From Paragordius varius (lineage: Eukaryota > Animalia > Nematomorpha): 64,000 bases of DNA. Each line of letters begins with the position of its first letter. Within the stretch, counting starts at the first letter, position 1. Below are positions 1 through 11,700 of this stretch, piece by piece. The stretch covers positions 8,928,001-8,992,000 of the forward strand of contig OZ176055.1 of assembly GCA_964247055.1 (NCBI GenBank), given 5' to 3'. The notes beneath the pieces are model-generated. The model worked only from the letters and a program-made list of their open reading frames with translations, was not told where the DNA came from and did not search any database. The translations under genes and the position numbers were made by a program.

Positions 1-227
1 ATTTAAACAGATACCTAAGGTATTCTATTAATGATCAATAGCATTTGAATTTTACCAAAAAACTCAAAAATGCTTTCAAGCAGAGACAACACATTTAATT
101 ATGAAAATAGTTTTTGGTTGGGCCCAGCATCCACCAGTGATTAGGATTATATATGTTAATGCTATTATCTATAACGTTGAGTAAAAGGAGCCGCAATTAT
201 TTTTTCTGGTATCAGATAACTTTTCTA

Positions 228-763
228 TTAACACTTGGATACAACACATTCATTTTAGTCATTCGATTCAAAGTGAGACAGTTAAATACCCCAGGCCTGT
301 TTAAAATTAAATTCATTTAAAAATATGGAAGAAATCGCAACCATGGCATAATTTTGCACTTATATAACATTAATAAACCGAATTATATAAATTTTATTCA
401 AAAATACTTGATATTACTTAAGCTAAAACCGAACAAGTTATTTACTCAACGTGACATGTGTGCAATAAATTGAAAAATAATACAAAATAAACCGTTCTAA
501 AATCTTTAATTTTAACCTTAGAATTAAATTAAGACAATATTTGCAAAAAAATTTGTAAAATAAAATGGCGTCGAAGGAGTTTGACCTGTTGGAACTTTTT
601 TTCAAACAAACTTCATTGTGATATTTTGTTATATTTATATAATTTTTATTATGATAGGAGCCTAAATTTAAATTGGGATCGTTTCATTCAGTAATTTTTT
701 AAAAATCTTAACTCAAATTTAGTCTGGGGTATTGAGATACCCCAAATCGAGTCGAAGTGTTAA
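228..763. mobile_element. TTAA-flanked non-autonomous TIR element (piggyBac-like MITE), copy 1
   Basis: Begins TTAA-CACTTGGATAC and ends GTCGAAGTG-TTAA. Homologous to copies at 985-1559, 47416-48001, 49099-49666 and the fragment at 41737-41991. No coding capacity. Confidence 0.8.
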
Positions 764-984
764 AATAGATAAATTTTTGAAGATCCGAATGATTATACAT
801 ATTTTTTTAAAGCATTAATTTTTTATAAATACACCGGATATAAACTACTTTAAAATATTATAATACCACTTTACATTTCCATTCCACAGAATATCACATC
901 AGTATTCTGATTATTATTTTTGATTTCTCATTTATAAATGAATATATATTGTGCCATCAATTATCATATCTGATATCATTCTTA

Positions 985-1559
985 TTAACACTTCGATTCA
1001 AATTGTATCTAAATACCCCAGACTAAATTTAAATTAATATTTTTAAAAACTATTAAAGGAAACGGTCCCAATTTAAATTTATGCCTCTCCTAATAAAAAT
1101 TATATAAATGTGCTAAAATATCTTAATAAAATTTTGTTTTGAAAAAAAAAGTTCCATGTCAAACTACTTCTATGCCGTTATTTAACGAAATTTTTGTAAA
1201 ATATCGTCTTCATTTAGTTTTAAGGGTAAAATTAATGCTAATTTATTTAAATTACATCTAACACTGATAATAGAAAAAGCGGTGTTTTTTGTATTTATTT
1301 TCAATTTAATTATTGCCCATATGTTACGTTGACTAAATTTTTACCTTTCAGTTTTAGCTTAAAATAAGCATTATTAAGAAGTATTTTTGAATAAACTTTT
1401 TTGTATATTTCGGTTTATTAATATATAAGTGCAAAATTTCGCCATGATTTCGATTCTACCCATATTTTTAAAAAATTCAAGTTTAAACAGGCCAGGGGTA
1501 TATAACTACCCCAATTTTAATCGAAGGACCAAAATGAATGTGTTGTATCCAAGTGTTAA
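985..1559. mobile_element. TTAA-flanked MITE, copy 2 (inverted relative to copy 1)
   Basis: TTAA-CACTTCGATTC ... GTATCCAAGTG-TTAA. Reverse-complement match to 228-763 along its length. Confidence 0.8.
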
Positions 1560-2577
1560 TGAGGAGTTATATTGGCCCGAAAATACATAATAATTTATTT
1601 TTAGGGTGAATTTGAAGTGTAAATAGTATATTAAATTCGTTCAAACATTGCATTTTTTATATAAATTAAGTTAGGTTATATAGTGGTAATTATTAGCACC
1701 AAAGGCAAATTTTGAATAAATTTAGCACATGCATCAAAATTCAACAGAGAAAAATTTTTTATATTATTAATATAAGTAATAACTTTAAAAGCTACCGTGT
1801 TTCATCATGAAATATTACTAAAACACCTCTAATAATTATGTTTAGCCGATAAATGCATAAATTTATGCAAAAACTTAGGTAACAATTTTCGCAAATAATA
1901 GGTACATAACTTAATTAACAAAGTTGTCACTAATTATATAAAATTAAGCAATATGTGGTTTCTTTATAAAAATACTTTACAGTTATGGAAAATAGTGGCA
2001 TAAATGTCTCTTCACTATCACGGTTCCCGAAAAGAAAGAGCTTGTGAAATATTGGCAAGAATTTTCCATGGTTAAATAGGTTTAATGTTAAGCATTGTCC
2101 ATATTTAGTGATATGATAAAGAGGTCCCCAAACAAGCCTAGAAAATCCATAAAGATAATAGTGTGCGAATCGTTTTGTTAGCAACTAGAGATTTAAAATA
2201 AATGCATTTATAAGAAATTTAATTAAATTTATTGTTTTATATTACGGGTTCATAAAAGGTTTCCAGATCGTATCAATTTCATTTTTTAGCCATTCCATTC
2301 TACTTTATTAGCAAATACAAATCTTTTTCCACATAAATATTAACATCAACTATGTTGGGTCAGGGATCCTTGTTTAATAGGAGTATCGCACAGCCAAATT
2401 TGTAATATTACTCCCTGTTTTGTTGAAGTGAATACTAAAAACATTAAACTTGGAAATTATTATTTATAATTCTAATCCCGATAGTTTAAAATAATACTTT
2501 TAAATGAGTTAACAACGAACCCTAAAACTAACAACATCAAACGTGGTTTAAAACTAACCAATGAAATTTTTTCCTTA

Positions 2578-2769
2578 CTTCCTACAGCCAACAATCGTAG
2601 GAATAAATCCACTTTTAGAGGGAACCAATAAACGATGCATTAAGTGTTTCCAATCTTAATGCTCATTCCTGGGCTTCCTACAGCCAACAATCGTAGGAAT
2701 AAATCCACTTTTAGGGGGAACCAATAAACGATGCATTAAGTGTTTTCAATCTTAATGCTCATTCCTGGG
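2578..2769. repeat. 96-bp direct tandem duplication
   Basis: cttcctacagccaacaatcgtagg...gctcattcctggg occurs at 2578-2673 and 2674-2769 with about 2 substitutions. Confidence 0.9.
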
Positions 2770-3189
2770 ATAAAATATCTTGTGAATCAATTTAATTATA
2801 AACCATCTTAATGTTGGAAAAGATTAAAAATGACTTTTGCACACTTCTAAATTGATATATATTAAAAGGGTATTGCCTATTTTAATAAACTAAATTATGA
2901 GTAGATACGATTAAATTAAATGGAGATCCAAAACAACTTAATTTAATTATTGGGCTAACTCTTGACATCTGACAATTTTCAAACGAAAGATTATTTAATT
3001 ACCTCATTAACAACTATATTTCACATGTTTTTATAATGTATTTTAGGTAAATGGCTATTTTACATTTTCATAAGTTCATCTTTTAAAATAATTTCCACCT
3101 CAGTTTGTTAGATAAAACCTTTTATCATACTAAACAAAGAACACAGGTGTCACCTGACCCATGGTTTTAAAATAATAAATTGTGATTTA

Positions 3190-3926
3190 ATGGAAAAGCG
3201 TGGGCGTTTTGATAGATCACACAACCGAAAGACGCTTAATTACAAGAATGAGATGTCGACCCAATTCAAACTAATTGGCAGAAGCTCAAGTATGACAAAA
3301 AATATCAAACTACGAGCAACGGAACAGATCAATAAGATCGGTAAATGGGTTTCAGACAATTTGAAAGAACGTTTCGAAAATCGCAAAAGGACATGTGAAA
3401 GCCTACAATTTTATTAATCCAAGGCGGAAAAATCGTGCTTCCAAGCCGATAACACCAATGCCAAATCGCTTTGACAAATACTATGTTTTGTGTTTAATGA
3501 GACTAGAGCGATATTGTATCATTAACTTTAGAAGTCTGGGGAAACCGATATAACGCTATTACCAACAAATGATTAATTTAAACCATGCATTAATCGAACG
3601 ACCGGAATGGACCACACAAAGACACCTTAAAACCGTTTCGATGTGGTCATTTGCATCGACTAAACTCTCCATATATGGCGCCATCTGATTAATACAACAA
3701 GCGGAATAAGGCACACACTTGCAGATCAGATCTTCGATGATTTCGAATACGCTGGAAAATGGTTTGACGAATTTGCTGCAAAAGCCAAACAGTTTGGCAC
3801 TTCAAATTAACTAAGAGATGGGTTGTGTAGAAGCCAATTCACAATATTTGGATGATAAATAATTGATTTCCTTTTAAAATTACTTGTTTTTTAAAAATCG
3901 TTATAAACCTAGGACTACACCTGATA
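3190..3926 (+). mobile_element. Decayed mariner (Mos1-like) transposon, 5'-truncated
   Basis: Broken frames give KIGKWVSDNLKERFENRKRTCESL (cf. mariner KVGRWVPHELNERQMERRKNTCEIL), SPYMAPSD (cf. SPDLAPSD) and LADQIFDDFEYAGKWFDEFAAK. Right end ...ctacacctgaTA resembles a mariner TIR. Confidence 0.8.
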
Positions 3927-4584
3927 AATTAATGAATGCTAGGGAAGGATTTCTTAAAGTGTGTTTTCAATAAAAATTTTAGGGGCTATGAAATATGAAT
4001 TGAATAAAAGGAAAGTTTAACTGTATCTTTATTATATAAGGAAAGTTACAATAGATTGTTTATCTGCAGCGAGATAAAACTTATGTCGCACAAGATGAAA
4101 TTTTTGAAGTAAAAAAACAAAAATTGATGATTTGGAGGAAATTAATTGAGTTTTATGCCAGGAATGTCAGCTATCTACCCTATATGTGCGACTAAATTAA
4201 TGATTTAATAACAAAACAAGAAGAATAGAGTTGCAATAGTTTTACATGAAATATAAATAGGGTTTGACCGGGATTGAAGGGAAACTATTTGATGGACTCA
4301 CCATCATAAGGAAAGTTACATAATTTATCAATTATAGAAACTCCACATCAGTATTAAAACTCTCCGGGGAATATTAAATCTTTTGAAATCGAGGATGACA
4401 TCCACCAATAATTATCGCTTAGCCTACCATTATTCATCAAATGCATGGCTTATCAAAATTGTCCCTTATTAATAAAAACTTTAATTTGATTTTTTAACCA
4501 TCATAACTTTAAAATAAGCCAAGGATATAGTAAGCTCTCAAGACCTGATACTTTAGTTTACCAATAATCAGAGCAACTGTCTTA

Positions 4585-4616
<32 letters not shown>

Positions 4617-4746
4617 CTGGTATTAATTTTTAAGAGCTTAACATCTTAAAATGAACTATGAAGCCAATGTTAAAAATTAAAGCACATTATAAACCATGAA
4701 ACATCATGCCTAATCACCGCTACATTAAATCATATTTTGTGCGGTA

Positions 4747-5692
4747 ATGGCCCTGTGGCTTAAGGTTTTGGAGATACAGGGAGAGGCTGTTAAACAAATA
4801 CCGATATACAGTAACACTTTCCCCTTTGAAGTAAGGCATTGTCTTGCAAATTGGATCGAAGAACAATCTTGGTTTGATTTAACATTAATTTATAAGGGAA
4901 TCTATTAACCCTAACAATTCCCAACATATGATATATGCCCAAAATTTACTTCAATTGTTTCAACAAGAAATTAGTAATACAGTTGCGGATATGGCAAACA
5001 AGGGCTTACATTTTATGCCCTTAACTTATCGTCTAACATCAGCCGCTAAAATATTTCAAGTAAAGTTGCATAGCTAAAATCAAATATAGGAACTTTATGG
5101 TGACAACCCTTTAGAATTTGTTAGGACCGTTCAAAATTGTTTGCAGATGGAAAAAAATTTAATTTACGAAAGCGAAAAGGTTTTTTTGCTATCATTATAT
5201 TTAGGTTGGTTTTCTCGGGGATATCATGGAAAATGATGCATCTGTCTACAGGCCCAATTTCGATATTCTCCGTCATCTGACATATGTAAGATTTGTTTTA
5301 ATTTTTTCTTACCAGGAAGCAGACAAATTGATTGAAATAGTCCATCAAGAACAAGAATCATTTATATTAAGTAGTCAAGAATACAAAAAAATAACTGGTA
5401 AATTTCTCTTTTTGTAAAAAATTCTTTTTGTAAAAATATATTTATTTTGACCGGATAATTAAAAATAACCGGTGTGACCGTTTCTATGCAATAAATTTAT
5501 CACAAACGCAAAATATGTTTGCTAAAAAATAAAACCATCAATTAAATTGGTTTTAATTTGATAATTTTAATTTTTTTTTCAATAATATTTAAGATTTATT
5601 TTAAGGCTATAAAATTTATAATTAATTTCCAATTATATTATATATAAGTTTTTGCCATATACATTTACCTATACTAAATGAATATTAATTTT

Positions 5693-5727
<35 letters not shown>

Positions 5728-8700
5728 CTCAATTAAAACATTATGCAAATACATACAATGTTGAAACCTCTTCAATGACCCCACAACCTCCTAACATAAT
5801 TGATCATAATAATAATGATATTAGTGCGTATTCCAATCCAGCCGTAGAATTTTCTAAAATACGACACGAAAAAGACGTCTTATTGGGTTTACTCAACTCC
5901 AAAAACATGGAAATTAAACGACAAAGAATGGTATATTACAGTCATAAAATAAGATTATAATGATAAAACGTAAAATTTAGAAACAGATATTACTTTAAGA
6001 AAGTTAAGTTTTTTCTTCCTTGATTTTATGTATAAAATAAATAACAGTTGGAAATTAGTATAGGTGAGTGTGTTTACCTCTCTATTCCTTATTTCAGAAC
6101 CCTAAACATTTAATTTTATGCAAAGTTTATCTTTATGAAAAGTTTGTCCTTTAAATTTACGTCTTGTCTTTGCATAATAGTAATTTTACTGTAAAATTAA
6201 ATTTTTTGATTTAAAAAACGTTTTATCCACAATATATATAATATATTAGAAACTTTTGGAAATACTGTCTCAAACTCAAAACTCCCTGAAAGAATTACTT
6301 TATAACATTGTGAATGAGGATTTATTGAAATGGAAAATACAGCAAAAGTTGGCTGGAAACGGTGTGCCACACCACGATAACTTGAATAAAACACAAAAAT
6401 GGTATATATTTGACTTTTTTTTTCTAATTGTTTTTTACGAAAAAAGGGATTACAATTAAATTTATCTTTACAAGCGGACGATGTTTAATACTCATTTTTA
6501 TTTCTCACCATCAAACTTTACATCTTTTTCCTGCATCTTAATAATAAGTTTAAAAGGGCGTAAAACTGTTTTTTAGGTTTATTGCTAAAAAAATATAGAA
6601 ATGTTTCAAAAAGGCTTTCGGATTTTTTCCTAAAACTATTTTTTTGCATTTTTATGTGGCCAAAAAATAGCTGCTAATATCTTAGGATTAAATTATAACT
6701 TTAATTTTTTTGCATTTTAAGAGGTCTAGGGTGCAAAAAAAAATTTTTTTATAAAAAATACTTTTAGGTTTGAACAGGTGGCTGACAATGCCTGGAAAAA
6801 TAGGAAACAAATTAAACGTTTTTACAATTTCCAAAGTCAAATCAATTTACCCGAACAGGAAGAATTTTTGTCAAAACTCAATGCCAACAATAATCACATT
6901 ATAATTTCATTGGTTTATGAGTAAGTTTTTATATTACCTTACCATTTACAGTACAAATTTACTCTTAAACAATAATTTATCCTCGAACAATTCAAATTTA
7001 TTTTAAAACAAATTAAGTGTGTTTTTAAGATTAAAAATTACTAATATTTTTTTATTATTTTTTTTAAAAATTAAATAATAATGAAAAAATAATAAACTAT
7101 GCCATTAAAATATGTTTCATATTAATTATGAGTTATATTAGACCGAAAACACCTAATTTGAATTAAAATTGTTCAGCGGTGAATTTGAATAAATATTATA
7201 TAAAATTTGTAATTCTAAAGAAAAAAACCAAAAGACAAATATATCTAGGAAAAAGTAGTTACTTTAGACACTAAATTTTTGATATAACGTTTCGTTTTGG
7301 GTAGCTGTAAAATAGGGAATAAAAGTGTAAACTGGTAATAACCTCTAAAATTTATACAATTTGAAAAATTAGGGTTTACAAAAATGTATGGTTGTTTTTA
7401 TCAAAAATTTTCAGTTGACTTTCTATTTAATTTTCGTTTATCATTATCTTGATTTAACAACTGATATTTTTGTACTTATTATTTTATAAATTATGATTCT
7501 ACTGTAAAACAGAGAAAAAAATCAAGGTATAAATGTATTTTTTTTTCAAAAATAATTGTTTTTTTATTTTTGTACATTTTATTTTTATATAATCATTATT
7601 TAGTTCATTCATAATTGAAAAACAACCTCCACAAGTCCTTAAAACTAATACGCGATTCACATCATCCGTTCGTTTATTAGTTGGGACTAAGCTAAATTTA
7701 CATATGACAGCCCCTGAAGTTCAGACTTTTATCATAAGGTTTTACTCTAAAAAACTTGGTTATTTTAGTTGATTTTTTATAAAATTGTTGTTATAGAAAA
7801 TTTATATATTCTTTGGGAGTTTTTTTTAATTTTGTTATAAAATTTTGTATATGGTAATAAGTTCATGATTTAAATTAAAATCTTATTTTCAAAAGGTTAA
7901 AATATGGCTAAATACAGCTTTATTTTCTTTAGAAAAACGGTTTTTTAACATTGTCTTGTTTTTGAAAATGTTTAATAGCTAACATTTTGGTAGTTGTTAC
8001 TTCGATTGGTTGATCATATAAAAACTTATATTAATCAATTAAAAAATGGTCAAAATGTTTTTATTTAGGTGTTAAATGTTGGCAAAAATTGTTAGATTAT
8101 TTAAGTAATATGCCAAAATTGTGTGATCTATACATTAAATTTAATCAAATTTTTAACTTTATTTAGTCTAGAATTCAATTCATTTAACAAATTTTTATAT
8201 TTTTTTTTATGAATTCTGAAGCGAAACACAGGCATCCCACCTACATAACGAAAAAGAAAAAGCTAAAATAGCCATTGAAAACATTAAAAGTATTGTAAGT
8301 GGGGAGATATTAAATCATCACGGTGTTATGGAGTATGACCCTTCGCTTGATATATTGAGCGTTAATTTTAAAAATATGGTAAAAATTTTATGTAATTTTT
8401 TACAAAAGTTTTAGGAATAAAGAAAGAAAATTTTTTAATTTTACAGTGAAATTTACTGGAAATTTACGGGATAAAAAGTTTTTTTTATAAAGAAATTCAT
8501 ATTTTTGTTTTCACTTTATTCATATATATTATAAACGACTTTTCTTAAAAATAACTTACTTTTCAATTAATTTTTAGTATATATCAATTTTTTTTAAAAA
8601 CGCAAAAAAAGTTACATAAAAATAATTTTTTCTACTAATATATGTTTTTAACAATATTTTAAATTTATTTCGGTAACTAAATCATTTTTTTATCTATAAC

Positions 8701-11700
8701 ATTTTTATCATGTAATAATTTTTCAAATTTGCGATTTTAGCAATTAAAAAAAATTAAACGACAAGAAAAACGTAGTACAGAAACCGTGGCTGAAGAAAAA
8801 TTTTGCCTTCTATATAAATCCTCGTTTAAAATAGCCGGGGGCGATTTAACTTTCAATGTTTGGGTAAATAATTTTATTATTTCAGTAATGAGAGTCAATC
8901 AAATTTTGGTTAAAATGGTCTTTTAGCATAGAGAAAATAACATTAAAGAAAGCAGTAGAAATTAATTAAAAGATAAATAAATATTTTTTTCCCATAGAAA
9001 TATTGTCATTATACCCTTGGTTTTTACAACTATATATATTATGTGTTATACTTATTTATCATTTTTTATCGATTTAAATGACCTTTTCAACCAATAATTT
9101 TTCTTTCAACCAATAATATTTTTATAATTACAATTTTGGAATTTCTTTTAAAAAATTTAAATTCATATTCTTTTGAATTTTTCTTTTTATAGACCCTTTC
9201 TCTACCAGTAGTTGTTATAGTACATGGGAATCAAGAAGCAAATGCATGGGCCTCCATACTATGGGATAATGCTTTTTCTGATTTTGTATTTTACATTCAT
9301 TTATATTTTTTTATTATTTTTTTGAATTCAAAAAACCAAGGTTTTTTAAGGCAATATTGAGTAGATATTGTATATATCATAAAACTGTAATTTGATCCAT
9401 TAAAAGCTATAAATATTTATACGGGTTATTCCCTTTTGTAGGGTTCAAACACGTTACTTTTTACTTTAATGTAATGTTTGTTGTAGAAAATAAACGAATA
9501 AATATAGTTGAACCTCTTTAATTATATGTGTAAAAATAGAAAGTTTTACTTGATTTTTTAATAGAGATTATTTATTAGATTTATATTTTCCATTTTAAGA
9601 TGTTATCGCTTACATAAAATGCATACATGTCTAGTTTATTAAACTGATTATTTAGTCGATTGTTGCATGTTTTTGCAGTGCAAATATAAAATGTTTCGGA
9701 AGTTTGACCTTATATTTTTTGAGTTTTGACAAATAATAAGTCATTATATATCATAAATTTAGTGGATTTGCCATATTGTTGCATTGTACGTTTTATCATA
9801 AAAGATTTTATTATTTCAGTCTGTTTTTTCCCCCCATAAAAACCAACAAAACTGGAGTTTGTTCTTTATTAAAATATATATCTAATAAATAAACAATATA
9901 TACTTTTTATTTAAAAAATTATATATATATATATAGCGAGATATTAGTTTATAATAATTTTTTTTTTATTCAATTTATTTTTTATAAATTTTTATAATTT
10001 TCACTTATATAGCATCGAGAACCTTTTAAAGTTTGGTCCGAAGTCCCGTGGATTAAAATGGCGGAAATGTTGAATTACAAATTTCAATCTATGGTTGGTC
10101 TTGGGTTAACTGCACAAAATATTCAATATTTAAAATCTAAAATTATGAGTAATTATTTTTTAAAGTTTTTTTGACAATTATTTTTTATATTATAATTTTT
10201 TATAAAGACAAAACTTCATAAACTTGAAGAAAAATAATTTTTCGTAAAAAGGCAGCCTTACTTTTTGAATCTTTTTTCAATTATTGTTTTTGGTTGCCAG
10301 AATAAAACATTAATTCTCAATTTTAAATTCGCAATCATAATTATTTAGTTTGTTAAAAAGATATCAAGGGTGCAAAAAGTATGGCAGTTTTTAACAAAAT
10401 TTTTGGTTTAGATCTCTTGTCCTTAACATTTTAATTTTTTTACTGTAATACGTTTTTTGTAAATAGTATTAATTCCCTTAACTTTTGTTTTAGGTGTAGT
10501 GAATTCCCAAGACAGTGAAAATATAACCATGTCCCAATTCAATAAAGTATATATTCTATTCTTTTTTACCGTTATTTTTTTAGAGAATTTTTGGTTTTAT
10601 AATACACTATAAAAATTACGTTTATTCAAACAAAACATAAATACTAAATGTGACAAATTTATATTTTTTAGTATATAAAAGCCGTATTTTGTTAACCTTG
10701 ATTTCATTTTATAAAATATATCGATGGAATATGGGTGTAATTTGGTTTCACACTGAATTCAATATATCTAAATTGTCTTATATCGGATTTATAAAAAATC
10801 AAGAATTATAATCTAATATTTGATATAATGATAGGTTATTTTACTTTTTAAGTTTTGTTATATAATATTTTACTGTAGTGAGATTACGAATATACTTAAT
10901 TTTTTATGGTATTAGGAACACCTTCAAAATCGACCATTTACATTTTGGCAATGGTTTTACTACATCTGTATATTGGTTAGGGATCATTTGAAAGCACATT
11001 GGATAGACCGGTATATTATAATTAAAAATGAAAAGATATTTTATGTTTTTATAAGAATTATTATAAAAAAACATTATTTTAAAGTGGACCCCAGTGTATG
11101 ATCCGATTGTGGTATTAAAACAGCATGGTAATCCGGCTTATGACCCTTTATATATATATGAATATATAAATTAAATTATTGAACAGATTTACAGTCATGT
11201 ATCCTTTATTTTATCAATTTTTTTTTCGTTAACTTGGTATAAATATTTGGTAAAGCATGGAAAAAAGAAGAGCTCTATGGTATTAACAATATCATATTCA
11301 TCAATCAAGTATAAGAAATACCACTGAGCTCTTGTATTTTCCATTCTTACCAAATATTTATACCCATTTAATGAAAAAATATTTTTTCATAAAATAAAGG
11401 ATACCTGATTGTAATAATTTTTTTTGGCATACTTAACGTTGAACGATTATGACTTTAAAATTAAGGCCTTTTTTGATATGGGAAGAGTGCATGATCACAA
11501 GATCTAATTATTTTTTAGCTGCTGTTTATTTAAAATAGCCTATTATGAGGGGGGAGATCTATCGAACATTTTAAAATAAATTTAATTACCAATTTTTGTT
11601 TTGCTATCTAGATCTATAATGGGATTTGTTAGTCGAACGGATGCACATGACATGTTAATGCGGAAATGTCGACACACTTTTCTCATCAGATTTAGTGATT

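Noticed and set aside
1930-2480. 84-aa minus-strand ORF and neighbouring segments as exons of a gene
   Set aside because: No recognisable motif and no phase-consistent splice model could be built; a real divergent gene is not excluded.
4040-4380. Small micro-intron gene just upstream of STAT (GLTGIEGKLFDGLTIIRK...)
   Set aside because: GT-AG pairs can be drawn, but there is no homology or complete ORF to support them.
4872-5204. Stop-codon readthrough or an alternative genetic code instead of micro-introns
   Set aside because: Several inserts are not multiples of 3 (22, 25, 26, 29, 34 nt), all are bounded by GT-AG, and removing them restores family motifs exactly.
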